The notes under the pieces are model-generated. The model ran no database searches. It was not told where the DNA came from and saw only the letters and a program-made list of their open reading frames with translations. A stretch of DNA of 59,125 bases, filler included, from Catajapyx aquilonaris (Eukaryota), in assembly GCA_000934665.2 (NCBI GenBank). It is 2 parts of 2 records of this genome, joined end to end, with 100 filler letters (N's around TTAATTAATTAA, not from the genome) between each part and the next. Parts side by side here need not be neighbours in the genome. Positions count along the whole stretch, not along the records: positions 1 to 29,539 come from JYFJ02004783.1; 1 more part is not named here. One strand, written 5' to 3'. The position numbers and the translations under genes were made by a program. Below, one piece after another: positions 1-11,124 of this stretch (the stretch's first letter is position 1; every line of letters begins with the position of its first letter).

Positions 1-807
1 ATGCCACAATATGTCATACGCATTTTTTATTTTTTATTTTTTATTTTTTTACGTTACCCCGTGATAGGGCCATAGGGGAGTGGAATACCACCATTTTTCC
101 TGCAATTTTCTGCTTTTTCTTCTAACTCCGGTGCAAGGATGAAAGGACATGAGGTAAGGATAGGGATTTTGTCATACGCATTTGTGAATGCCACAATATC
201 TCATATCCATTTATTGGATGTCACATTTTCATGTCTGACGCATTTTTTGTATGTTACAATATCATATTATTGTAACATACCGTACAAAAAATGCATATGA
301 CATGAGAATGTGACATCCAAAAAATGGGTATGGAATATTGAGGTATTCAAAAATGCGCATGACATATTGTAGCATACAAAAATGCGCATGACATATTGTG
401 GCATACAAAAATGCGTATGGCATGAGAATGTGACATTTGCGGTACACCCTGTATCGCGGGTGCTTGGAAATGTCATTCTCCCACCATGAAAACATGTTGC
501 ATACTCTGGAGTAAATCCATCGGTTTTGCTGCCTTTCCCCCTGTTGGGTTGGTATGTTGTACCTAACCAAGCTTTGAACCGCTCCGAACCCGATCCGGAA
601 CACGCTCCGAACCCCGCTCCTGAACCGGGTTCAACTCCGAACCCGTTCGCTCCGAACCAGCTCCGACCTTCACTCCACTCTTCTCCCGAACCGGCTTGAA
701 CCCGAACCCCGTTCCGGCGCTTGCTCCGAACCCGACTCTACTGCTCCGGATCGGGTTCGCTGTTATCGGGTTCACGGAGCAAGGGTTCGGTTCGGTTCAC
801 AACCCTG
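1..807 (-). mobile_element. Non-autonomous hAT-like DNA element (truncated by window start) with internal palindrome and GAACC subterminal repeats
   Basis: Terminus reads CAGGGTTGTGAACCGAACCG on the minus strand at 807. Many (C)GAACC(C) subterminal repeats at 575-800. A diverged copy lies in opposite orientation at 33453-34317. Confidence 0.7.
26..169 (-). mobile_element. 5'-truncated SINE/retroposon 3' end inserted in the hAT-like element
   Basis: Minus-strand tail GGGGTAACGTAAAAAA(ATAAAA)n resembles the 3' ends of the SINEs at 12464-12774 and 23863-24200. Flanked by the direct repeat TGTCATACGCATTT (12-25 and 170-183). Confidence 0.6.
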
Positions 808-884
808 GGTAGAACTGTAGTGGATCGAGTAGTAAAAGTACGTGCCACTAGATGGCATTGGAGTCAGCCTACAGCCATCACAAG

Positions 885-1491
885 ATGGCGGCGACACTTA
901 CGAAGTGCACCAAAGAAGAACAGCGGGCCGTCGTGAGATTGTTGCGGAGTGAAGGGATTAAGTCGATCGAAATCCACCGCATGATGGCCCTGAAATACGG
1001 GGACGTGTGCATGTCGCAGGGGCGAGTGTACGCGTGGTGCAAAAAATTCGCAACAAGACCCGTATACTGGGCCCGTATACTGGCCGGGCGCATCGTGCAG
1101 TGACACCAGAGTCCATAGCAGCAGTGGACGGACTGATTCAAGAAAACCGCCGTGTCACACTGGAAGAAGTGGCGTCTGAAGTGTCTGCCACATCCCCCGT
1201 ACTCGCCCGACTTAGCACCATCTGATTACCACATCTTTGGTCCACTGAAAGCAGACTTAGGAGGAAATAAGTTCCAGTCCAATGATGAAGTGGAAGCGGC
1301 GGTGCACAACTGGCTGCGAGCTCAATCGAAAGAATTTTTTTCCCGCGGTATGGAGGTGCTTCCTACCAGGTGGCGCACTTGCATTGAACGCCAAGGGGAC
1401 TATGTGGAAAAATAGTGTAGTTGTCACAATCATTATTATAGTAGAACAATTGTAAAAAAAATAATTATCGTTTTCATTTGATTCCCCCTCG
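885..1491 (+). mobile_element. Internally deleted mariner element (transposase pseudogene 885-1415)
   Basis: N-terminal HTH (EQRAVVRLL...EIHRMM...YGD...W.KKF) fused to the C-terminal HPPYSPDLAPSDYHIF...GDYVEK. The catalytic middle is missing. 3' TIR ...GATTCCCCCTCG followed by TA at 1492-1493. Confidence 0.9.
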
Positions 1492-1509
1492 TACTTCTGT
1501 GATGAAATA

Positions 1510-2218
1510 CAGGGCCATCAAAAAATAATGCCCTAATTTGAAAACCGTATAACTCTGGAAACTTGTAGACATCTGAATTATTTAAGTTTGAAATACAAAG
1601 ACCATCTAAGGTTTTAGTCTCACCTTAGTTTGTTTCGATTAGAGCATCATGTGTCGCTTGGCAGATTGAAAAGGCAGTAATTGGTGTTGTGCCAAACCCT
1701 ATCAAACACATCTGCAGTTACCGTTGCAATCCTATCCCGTAGGTACTGGATATCTTGGCTCTTTACACCACACACATTGTTCTTGATCATTCACATAAAA
1801 AGTTGCCTCATCCATGAAACAAACCTGCCGTAGGAAAGTTTAATTTGTTCAGCCTCCCAGTGTGCCAAGTTTTGAATGAGAAGTTTCGCCATGCCTAGCC
1901 CCTCCAGAAGCCCACATCTTACCCGTTTGGACTTTTTTGTGGAGAGACATGTATGGTGAAAAGATCCGGCATCACCAGCACCTACGGGATAAGATTGCAA
2001 TGGTAACGCCAGACATGCCTGAGCGGGTTTGGCACGACACCGATTACTGTATTTAAAAAATTTCAAGTGACAAATGGAGCTCATATCGAAACAAATTATG
2101 GTAAAGCCAAAACTTTACACACTTCTGAGTATTTCAAAACTTAAATCATTAAGATATGTCTACAAGTTTTCGAGTTATAGAGTTTTCAAATTGGGACATT
2201 CTTTTTTTGATGACTCTG
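1510..2218 (-). mobile_element. Deleted Tc1/mariner-superfamily element
   Basis: Imperfect TIRs of about 110 bp (1510-1624 vs about 2100-2218) with TA on both sides. Minus-strand remnants FMDEATFYVN and KNNV...QDIQYLRDRIATVTADVFDRVW. Confidence 0.75.
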
Positions 2219-2715
2219 TATATCAGTTGTTACATTTTCCTGCTAGGCATATCTATAATATTAAAATCCTTGCGGTGTTTGAGTGAGCCCTTGATTGGTC
2301 CACCCCATATTGTTACCACCACCTCCCCATTGGCCCGCGTTCTAATCATGTCCCATGGGGTGTATACAACTCCTCTGTTGGGTTGTCGGGGAAACTGTCC
2401 ATTACTTCTATGTATTGTTGCACAGTTGGCACTACTGTGAAGTTGTTTACAGAGTCAGTTTCCTTTATGGAACGACAGATACAGGACAGACATGTTCTCA
2501 CCTCTCACTAATCGGGCCGTTCGAAGACTGCTGGAGGGCTTAAGTTACACCCTCCCCCAGCGATATGGTGCGCCGAATAGGTACCCCAGGCAGCAGGCCT
2601 AGAAAAGAGCGAGCGTAGCGAGTGGTTTTCTAGGCCTGCGCCCTAGGAAAATGCAAGTGGAGCGAGGGTTTTCCTAGATACAATTTTAAAATGGCATTTA
2701 CCACTGGTTCCTTAA

Positions 2716-3141
2716 CCCTAATAAGACGGGCGTCACATATGCTGTGACAGTGGCTTTAAAAAATTCTGCTGGCGAAACTATAGCGTTTTTCCCCTATGTA
2801 ATGTGGTTTCTGTGTGGCTTTTTAAATTTTCTGTCGCGTAAAAAATCGCGAGTTTTGGACTACACAATCGTTCATAAATAAACCGGATTAACCAAATTAA
2901 CTTGAATGAAATCATCTTTTTGCTGCCGCTGGAAAAAAAAAAAACCTTGACCGGCAAATTTTTGGCATACATAGTTGCCCGCAAACCTCCTCAAGAGATT
3001 CCACCCTAAAATTAGTGCAAAAGATGATTCAATAGTTTTAAAATAAATAAATAATGTTCGTAAATGTCAATTACCAGTTGCCGGGAGTCTGCGCACTTCA
3101 ACGCCGGCCTTCGTGTGGCTGTAGGGAGAATGTGTCCCGTG

Positions 3142-3207
<66 letters not shown>

Positions 3208-3577
3208 CCCCCCCCTGAATAGCTGTTGCTGATGGATGTGTATACTCTTGAGTGTTTATCAACACAGCTGGCTTGACAGGGCTGTGACGTAATTCAAGCT
3301 ATGTATTTATGTATGGCGTTGTTCAGAGGTGCCAAGGCTACATACCGATAATTTTTTGTCAATCAAGCAGAGTGACAAAAAATTGGAGTAGGCGCGAAAC
3401 AAACCCATCTGCGTCACCTCGTTTTGCATTTGGGAGTTTCCACTGGCATCAGGATCAAGCCTGGACACTATAGATCTTATTCACCAGTGTTGTCAAGTCT
3501 CGTCCCCCAAGTCCCAAAGAAAGCGAATTTTTTGCAGAAACTTGCAAAAACGCGAAAAACCACCCGTCTTATTAGGG
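2716..3577. mobile_element. piggyBac-type MITE, copy 1, containing a (CT)n microsatellite at about 3145-3205
   Basis: TTAA at 2712-2715 and 3578-3581. Perfect 15-bp TIR CCCTAATAAGACGGG. Second copy at 8997-9827. Confidence 0.9.
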
Positions 3578-3740
3578 TTAAATATCAAATGCAAGCACAA
3601 AGGGTGCCAAAAATCAAGATGTGGAAATCACTGCCCTTCTCTACCCCAACTCCCCTAAACTGGCATTAGAAAAAGGCATGCAAATTGATAGGTAGGTGCT
3701 AAAATCTTTAAAATAATTTTAAAATAAATGGACACATACA

Positions 3741-3837
3741 CAGGGTTGGCATGATTATAATCAATTGATTATAATCATTGATTATAATCATGATTATAAT
3801 CAACTGATTAATAATGAAAAATCTTGATTATAATCAC

Positions 3838-3891
<54 letters not shown>

Positions 3892-4614
3892 TAATAATAA
3901 TATACATTTATCCTACCAATAATCACAAACTCACCAGTCAAAAAGTTAAAACTTAAAACTCTTGACTCTTGACTTATTCTATATGTAGTAAACTACAGTT
4001 TAATTATCATAATCAGTACATGAGAACATGACAGAGCCACAGAGGTAGTACATCAGGCACTGCTTTCTGTGTAATACCAAGAGCAGCTCTTGGTAATACA
4101 GTAGTGTACAATAATACTGTAAGTGTTACAGACTTACAGGTATGTATCAAGAGTTCAAAAAGAATTGTCCCTGAGCGTCGAGCGGGCAGCCACGCGTCAG
4201 GATGAAAGGAACCAGTCAACTGGTTCCTTTCATCCTGACGGGTGGCTGCGACGCGACGGGACAATTCTTTTTGAACTGTTGATACACAGGTACACTACTG
4301 AATAGTGTAGTCGGCTAGCTGCTCCCAAGTAAGTGGAATCCGTGTTAAACGAGGATTGACTGTATATTGTACTTTCCTTGGAATGTAACATGTTTGACAA
4401 TATTGACATACATTTCTTGATTTTCTTCAAATAGCAGGTGGGGTTTTTATCAGGAAAATGAAATAAAGTGCTGTACTATAGTACAGCACTTTATTATCAA
4501 AATAATCCGATTATAATCAAAATAATCCGATTATAATCAAAATAATCCGATTATAATCAAAATAATCCGATTATTTGATTATTTTAAAATAATCATTGAT
4601 TATTGCCAACCCTG
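3741..4614. mobile_element. hAT-type MITE with (TAA)n, an internal hairpin and a 20-bp tandem repeat
   Basis: TIR CAGGGTTGGCA/TGCCAACCCTG. 8-bp TSD CACATACA (3733-3740 and 4615-4622). GATTATAATC subterminal motifs. About 4 copies of TTATAATCAAAATAATCCGA at 4491-4570. Confidence 0.9.
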
Positions 4615-4650
4615 CACATACATGTAGCAAGTAGAACAAACAAATCTTAC

Positions 4651-4874
4651 CGCCGGTCCACTTTGGGCTGCAATGTCCTTTAGCTTGTCAAAGACAGTCT
4701 TAATTTTCAGGGGCTGAGAAGGCCTTAGTGTGGATTGCATGCTGCGGCTGTTTTCCGCAACAATGCCAGCATCTCCTGCTTTGCTTACATCTGCTTTTAC
4801 CGAAGCATGGACACGCCCTGACACTTGGGCAATTGCTTTGATTACCATCGTTTCTGCTATTCCCGTTTCAATGC
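4651..4874 (-). CDS. LIG1: DNA ligase I exon (DNA-binding domain); the gene continues beyond the window start
   Basis: cag|...|gtaag, phase 1 to 0, 224 nt. Translates GIETGIAETMVIKAIAQVSGR...GDAGIVAENSRSMQ...PLKIKTVFDKLKDIA, matching the LIG1 DBD pattern. Confidence 0.92.
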
Positions 4875-5518
4875 CTGCCAAGAAATGAAAAAAAGAGAAA
4901 TAAAAGAAAATAATATGCCCATAAATCCTGCCTTGTTCAAACTTTTTTACAAGAAGCAGCCCTTTCCACATGCAATTGAAGAGGTTACCCTAGGACTGGG
5001 TTTCCAAATGCGTGTATATACACTAGGTCAACATTCGGTAAAGGTAATGAAAGTTGTTATATTCCAACCATAATTGATTTTCTACATTCTTTATTGACTA
5101 CGTGAATTAATTTAAATCCTGTCCCCTCCTCTTGGTCGGATATTTTTCCACTTTTCACCCGACAGAGCAGACATGCACTCCCTGCTCTGGCCAGGGGCAC
5201 AAGAAAAGGCATGTATTTTAAGAGGGTCCAAAATTACTAGAAACTACCCACGAGGGCCCTTCCTTGGGAACCTCCCCCTCCCCGCACACCTGTGGACCAG
5301 GGCGTTACAATATGTGATATACTGAATGTACTGTATAACAAAAATTAAGGTCTGTAATATGCCATAGGTCCGCACTACCCAAATTATTATTACTACATGT
5401 ATTAATACTCTGTAATGTCATCACAATTCACCAGAGACTTTCCAAGATAAATCTGTCATTACCAATACAACAAATTTGTAAAAATTTGCATGTGTTACAA
5501 TTTTACTTTTTAATTATA

Positions 5519-5960
5519 CAGGGTGAAGGGAAACTTGTGCCCAATCGCCAGGTAGACTGATAGTACTCGCAAAACTAATATAGGGATGGGCAATTAGTTT
5601 TTGGCTCCGTTGCGTAGTTAATGCGTACGGCGTCCTTAAAGTGTAGAGGGCCAGATGGTGGAACATGAGGCAAAAATGACAAAGTGCATGGGTGTCGTAC
5701 ACGGATTCTTACTTTGACGGGATTTGATCGCCTTTTGCACATGGACGATGTGTTAGGGAACCAAGGCAAGGGAGCGGAGACCCTCCAGCTGACTTTTGCT
5801 TCGTAGAAGCTGGCAGAACGGATGTGACGTCACGAAACTTTGACGGCGCTGTACGCATTCACTACGCAACGGAGCCCAAAACTAATTTCACATCCCTATA
5901 TTAGTTTTGTGAGTACTATTAGTCTACCTGGCGATTGGGCGCGAGTTTCCCTTCACCCTG
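5519..5960. mobile_element. Tc1/mariner-type MITE in a LIG1 intron
   Basis: TA|CAGGGTGAAGGGAAACT...AGTTTCCCTTCACCCTG|TA, with imperfect TIRs of about 115 bp. Confidence 0.88.
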
Positions 5961-6400
5961 TATAACTGTTATAAGCATCCTTCACACACTTTCACAATGT
6001 GGAATTAAAATTCCCATCTTCATAATTTTACAGACATGCAAGTACAGTATCAAGAGTTTTGAGAAAACTGTGCCACTAGAATAATTGTCATTATTGCAAC
6101 AAATGGGTAATTATCATTACACTGCACCATTACAACAATAGAATAACATTATATTTATACATGTGTGACACCAAAGTGATGCCAAATGGGATATGAGACT
6201 ATTTCATGGGACTTTCACAACTCTTTCTGGTATGGTGTTGAAAGAATCCAGAAACCACACGAAAGATACATTAGACTTTGGTCTGAGAAGCTTTGAATAA
6301 TTTTTAGCTATGTCTGGTACCAGTCAGAATTATTAGTGATTTAATGAATAATGAAATATTACCTCAACATCTTACACTGAAGAAAGGCAACATAACTTAC

Positions 6401-6573
6401 CTGTATATGAAGGGGCTATGCAATTAAGGCAGAGGTAGACACTTCGCATTAAATCCTCGGGGTGTAGGATTATCACAGATCGAAAGTAGTTGGCCAATAT
6501 ATCAACTATCTTCAGCCGTGCAGTGGTTTTTTCAATCACTGCCAGTGTCTTAGCCAATGCCAGGTAAGGCACC
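6401..6573 (-). CDS. LIG1: DNA ligase I exon (start of DBD)
   Basis: tag|...|gtaag, phase 2 to 1, 173 nt. VPYLALAKTLAVIEKTTARLKIVDILANYFRSVI.LHPEDL..SVYLCLN.IAP.Y is the canonical LIG1 motif. Confidence 0.95.
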
Positions 6574-6640
6574 CTATTGAAAATTTATTATCAAGTACCA
6601 CATGTATTTAAAGCTCACATTTTTCCACAGTTTAACTCAC

Positions 6641-6962
6641 GGTTCTCCTTTCTTCCAAAAGGCATCTGAAATGGGATGATATTTCTTTTTGCCAGGGTTG
6701 TAGTCCAGCTCCTTGTTAATTTCATCACCGTGAGGAGTAACTGGACCTCCTTTTTCATTTTTGGGACTGGGGTCAGCTTCATCAGTTGGCTTAGTTGGCA
6801 CAGGTGCATCTGCATTAGTTGGTTTAGTTTCAACTGCATTAGTTGGCACAGGTACATCTGCATCAGTTGGTTTAGTTTCAACAATATCAGTTGGCTTAGG
6901 TTCGGCTGGATCGCTTGTCATAGATGACACATCAGGTTCTGCATTCGTCTTAGGTGCATCTT
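6641..6962 (-). CDS. LIG1: DNA ligase I exon (disordered Pro/Thr repeat region plus YNPGKKKYHPISDAFW)
   Basis: cag|...|gtgag, phase 1 to 2, 322 nt. Ends in the LIG1-typical YxP...YHP..DA.W..GE motif. Confidence 0.9.
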
Positions 6963-7239
6963 CTGAAATGGTGAAATAGGATTACCACTGGCAGTCCAAC
7001 TGAATTACATGGTGACTTTATTTATTCCTATAAAGTGGAAATAATAGGGTTCTATCCTGTCTGGAATGTCTCGTTTTTCTATATACAGGGTGTTTCAGAG
7101 TCACTGGTCAAGAGCGCCCGAGGGGGTGGGGAAAAATCGTAGGTGGCGACTACCCAGGTCGGTTTTATAAAACAATTAGAAATACGGCAGTAACCACTTC
7201 ATACGGCAGTAATCAATTTATCAATTTCACATGTCATAC

Positions 7240-7395
7240 CTTGAGTTTCCTCAGGCTTGGGTGATATGGTTGTTGTTTTCGGACCAGCCTTTTCATTATC
7301 TTCCTTCTCACACATCTTTTGTTTGTTGTGCAATTCCACTAATTCCTTGTACATGTGCTTGCATTTCTCCATGGTTGTTATTGCAGGTTTTCTAG
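7240..7395 (-). CDS. LIG1: DNA ligase I N-terminal exon (ARKPAIT...EETQ)
   Basis: cag|...|gtatg, phase 1 to 1, 156 nt, open frame; phase-compatible with both neighbours. Confidence 0.8.
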
Positions 7396-7451
7396 CTGCA
7401 ATATTATAAATGTCACCATTTGCTCTGTTACTGTACATAAGCCATTGTTAC

Positions 7452-7567
7452 CTGTCTTTCGTAATGGTGGCTTTGACACTTCACTCTGACTTGAGCTATC
7501 AACTGAACTTGGAGCACTTCCCGGCAAAGAGGCAGTCTCTGGAGGTTTCTCATCATCTTCCTTTGGC
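7452..7567 (-). CDS. LIG1: DNA ligase I N-terminal exon (PKEDDEKPP...KPPLRKT)
   Basis: tag|...|gtaac, phase 2 to 1, 116 nt, flanked by 66-nt and 56-nt introns. Confidence 0.8.
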
Positions 7568-7633
7568 CTAAATTTACACGAGAACAAATAAAAACCATGT
7601 TGCTTCCGAAGCTCCCATTCATAACATACTTAC

Positions 7634-7768
7634 TTTTTTTTTGCTTCCACATCTAACTCCTCTTCCTCATCACTTTCTATGATTGCTTGCTTTTTTCCTT
7701 TCTTGGAAGCCTTCGAGCTGCCTCCTCCATCATCTTTCTTAGCCACTTGGTCCTTGTCTGCTCCATCC
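7634..7768 (-). CDS. LIG1: LIG1 duplicated exon, copy A
   Basis: cag|...|gtaag, phase 2-2, 135 nt: DGADKDQVAKKDDGGGSSKASKKGKKQAIIESDEEEELDVEAKK. Confidence 0.8.
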
Positions 7769-8389
7769 CTGAATTGAAAAGACCTCAAGCTGTCACTTCC
7801 ACTTCACTTCCAAATAAATAACAGAATTGCAAAATCGCACTTTTTCCATCATCACTAAATGAGCTGACAAGTGAAAAAGTGATTGCATGTACATGCGACT
7901 AAAAATTTGCATACAGAAGGCTGGCCTGCCTAAGGAAGGCAAACTAGTCCTTTGTGTCCGAATCGCCTACATAGTGCTGGCCTTGCAGAAGGTCAGTCAA
8001 ACAGATGGCTCAGCTAAGACAAAATCATGCTGATTGGAGGCCTTACTCACAAAGCATGCCCTGTGCAGAGGGAAGGTAGGAGGGAGGTTGTGGGGTTGGG
8101 ATCATTGGGGCAGGGAGCTGAGGGAAGTGGCAGGAGCAGGGGGATGGTTCAGAGAGATGACTGGCAAGGCAGCCAAAATGCTGGTGAACCTGATTCGGAA
8201 GGGCATGCAGGTCATGGTTCATCTCATAGCCTTCGTCTTCACAGTATGGCCTAGGAGACCCCTTGTATCAACCCCATGTAAGAAGTGGCCAAAATGGCCT
8301 TATTACTGCTCGCCTGCTGTAGGTGGAAAAGTTTTGTCCCTTGTACATGCAGTCAATGTCTCAAAATGTCCCATTCATAACATGCTTAC

Positions 8390-8533
8390 TTCTTTTTTTT
8401 TGCTTCCATATCTAACTCCTCTTCCTCATCACTTTCTATGATTGACTGCTTTTTTCGTTTCTTGGAGGCCTTTGAGTTGCCTACTCTACCACTGACTCCT
8501 TTCTTAGGAACTTGGTGCTTGTCTGCTCCCTTC
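8390..8533 (-). CDS. LIG1: LIG1 duplicated exon, copy B
   Basis: cag|...|gtaag, phase 2-2, 144 nt: KGADKHQVPKKGVSGRVGNSKASKKRKKQSIIESDEEEELDMEAKKK. Confidence 0.75.
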
Positions 8534-8755
8534 CTGAAATAAAAAAAAACTCCAAGCGGTCATTTCCCCTTCCAAACAGAGAACAGCATTGCAAAACAGC
8601 ACTTTTACCATTGACACTAATAAGATGACAAGTGAAAGAGTGACTACATGGGACTAAATATTGGGCTACAAAAGGTTTGCCTGTCTAACAAGGACTGTTT
8701 AGTCCCTTTTGCAAGCAGGCAATGTCTCAAAATGTCCCATTCATATCATGCTTAC

Positions 8756-8905
8756 CTTTTTGCTTCTACATCTAACTCTTCTTCCTCATCGCTTTCCATG
8801 ACAGCTCTCTGTTTTCGTTTCTTGGAGGCAGTTGAGCTGCCTCCTCTAGCATCAGCTCTTACTGACCATTCATTCTCAGCCTCTTGGCCTTTGTCCGCTC
8901 CATCC
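8756..8905 (-). CDS. LIG1: LIG1 duplicated exon, copy C
   Basis: cag|...|gtaag, phase 2-2, 150 nt: DGADKGQEAENEWSVRADARGGSSTASKKRKQRAVMESDEEEELDVEAK. Confidence 0.75.
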
Positions 8906-8996
8906 CTGAAATGGAAATACTCCAAGCTGTCACTTCCACTTCCAAAGAAAGCATGGAATTGCAAAGCAGCACTTTTTTTCCAGAGACACTAATTAA

Positions 8997-9827
8997 CCCT
9001 AATAAGACGGCGTATCATATGCTGATACGGTGGCTTTAAAAAATTCTGCTGGCAAAACTATAGCCTTTTCCCACTATGTAACGTGGTTTATGTGGCTTTT
9101 TAAATTTTCTCTCGCGTAAAAAATCGCGAGTTTAGGACTAAAAATGTTGCATAAATAAACCAGATTAACCAGATTAACTTGAATGAAATCATCTTTTGGC
9201 GGCCACTGAAAAAAAAACCTCAAAAAAGAAAAAAATCCGACCTTGGCCGGCAAATTTTTGGCATACAGAGTTGCCCCCAAACCTCCTCAAGAGATTCCAC
9301 CCTAAAATTAGTGCAAAAGATAATTCAATAGCTTTAAAATAAATAAATAATGTTCGTAAATGCCAATTAGCTGCTGGCGGGCCCCTGCGCAACTCCTGGC
9401 CGGCCTCCGTCAGGATGGAGGGGCGCATGCCCCGTGGGGTTTTTGAACAGCTGTGGAACGAGGGAGGTTTCCACTTGGTTGAGGGGTGAATGTTTGTCTC
9501 TGTTGCTGGCATGCCTGTCCTGTGACGTAATTCATGCCATGTGCTTATGTACTGCTTTGTTTAGCGGTGCCAAGGCTACATACCCATATACTTTTTGTCA
9601 AGCAAGCAGAGTGACAAAAAATTTGAGAAGGCGCGAAACATACCCCCCTGCGGCACCTTGTTGCGCATTCAGAATTTACATCTCCGTATGGTATGCGAGG
9701 AGGGTCACATAGATGGTCTCAGGATCAAGCCTGGACACTAGTCAATCTTATTCACTAGTGACAAAGCAAGCGATTTTTTTGCAGATCCTTGCAAAAGCGC
9801 GAGAAAAACCACCCCGTCTGATTAGGG
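8997..9827. mobile_element. piggyBac-type MITE, copy 2
   Basis: TTAA at 8993-8996 and 9828-9831. TIR CCCTAATAAGACGG/CCGTCTGATTAGGG. Collinear with 2716-3577. Confidence 0.9.
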
Positions 9828-10045
9828 TTAACTGACAATTGAAAGAATGTCTGCGTGTACTATCAGCACAATATGATGTCTGCACGTACTATCAGCACAA
9901 TATGATTCTGGATACTTTCACATGCTTTTCTTATGGGAGAGTGCCTGAGAAAGGTTGGGAACCACTGCACTAGTTGAATAGCCATGGTATAATATACTGA
10001 TGTTGACATCAACACCTCAGAATGTCCCATTCATAACATGCTTAC

Positions 10046-10192
10046 CTTTTTACTTCCTCATCTAACTCCTCTTCCTCATCACTTTCTATGATTGTTGCTC
10101 GCTTTTTTCCTTTCTTAGAAGCCTTTGAGCTACTTCCTCTACCATTGAGTCCACCTGCTCTCTTAGCCACTTGGCCCTTGTCCTCTCCATCC
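10046..10192 (-). CDS. LIG1: LIG1 duplicated exon, copy D
   Basis: cag|...|gtaag, phase 2-2, 147 nt: DGEDKGQVAKRAGGLNGRGSSSKASKKGKKRATIIESDEEEELDEEVK. Confidence 0.75.
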
Positions 10193-11070
10193 CTGAAATG
10201 AAAAGACTTAGCTGTCACTTCCACTTCAGAGAGCACATAATTGCAACATATAACACTTTTTCCAATGACACTAATAAACTGAAAAGCTAAATAATGCCTT
10301 CCTGCTGTGACACCTGCTCTCAGGTGATTAATGAAATGCCATGCTTTGGTCATATTGCTAAGTTGGAAGTATAAGGCATATCTTGCCATCTCAAATAGCA
10401 ATTCCAGACATTATTTCAAGGCCTAAAACAAAATGAAGTCCGCACTTACAAACAAAGCAAGGAATCCTAGCATATAAGGCAGGGAATGAACATGACACCT
10501 TTTACTTGTGGAACAAATATTTTTGGTGTAAAAGTTGTACAACACTAAATGAGATAAGTGAGAACTAGAATTTCAACAGGGGTACAAACTGAGATGTAGG
10601 GATTAAAATAATGTGTATTAATATTCTGTTTACAAATAACCGCAGAGTGACTAGAATGTGGAAGAATTATTTTGATATTTGTAGCAATGGATGATGAGAG
10701 TAGCACTGTAAATGAGTCCATACTATTCAATAAAACTGGCATGAAAGGAAAATTGCACCATACAGGCTGGTATTATAACTAGAGGTTGGATAGTTATGCT
10801 TAATCACTGAATATTTATATTGAATACTGGAACTTCTGGACATGTACTGGACATTCCTGAACATTTGTCTGTTACTAGAAAGTGTCCTGTCATGTGCCCA
10901 AAGCATACAGTATAATGCCTAGTGTAAGCAGGCACTGATAATTATTCTAAGTTGACGTGGCAAACTTGCACCATGGTTAGGCTTGTCTGAGGCCAGTTTA
11001 TATCTAATAGTTTGTTGCCAATATCCTCCAGTGTACCTATGTATGCTTCCCTGACTAGACAAAGACTTAC

Positions 11071-11124
11071 CTCCGAGCAGACTCCTCATCAGCAGATTTT
11101 TTAACGTGGAGCGTAAAGAACGAC
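11071..11124 (-). CDS. LIG1: LIG1 54-nt exon carrying the SFF half of the N-terminal PIP box
   Basis: ttgcag|G TCG TTC TTT ... CGG AG|gtaagt, phase 2-2: xSFFTLHVKKSADEESAR. LIG1 proteins begin QxxIxSFF. The upstream start exon was not identified. Confidence 0.7.

Noticed and set aside
4491..4575. 20-bp tandem repeats as a CRISPR array
   Set aside because: No spacers; subterminal repeats of a hAT MITE in eukaryotic DNA.
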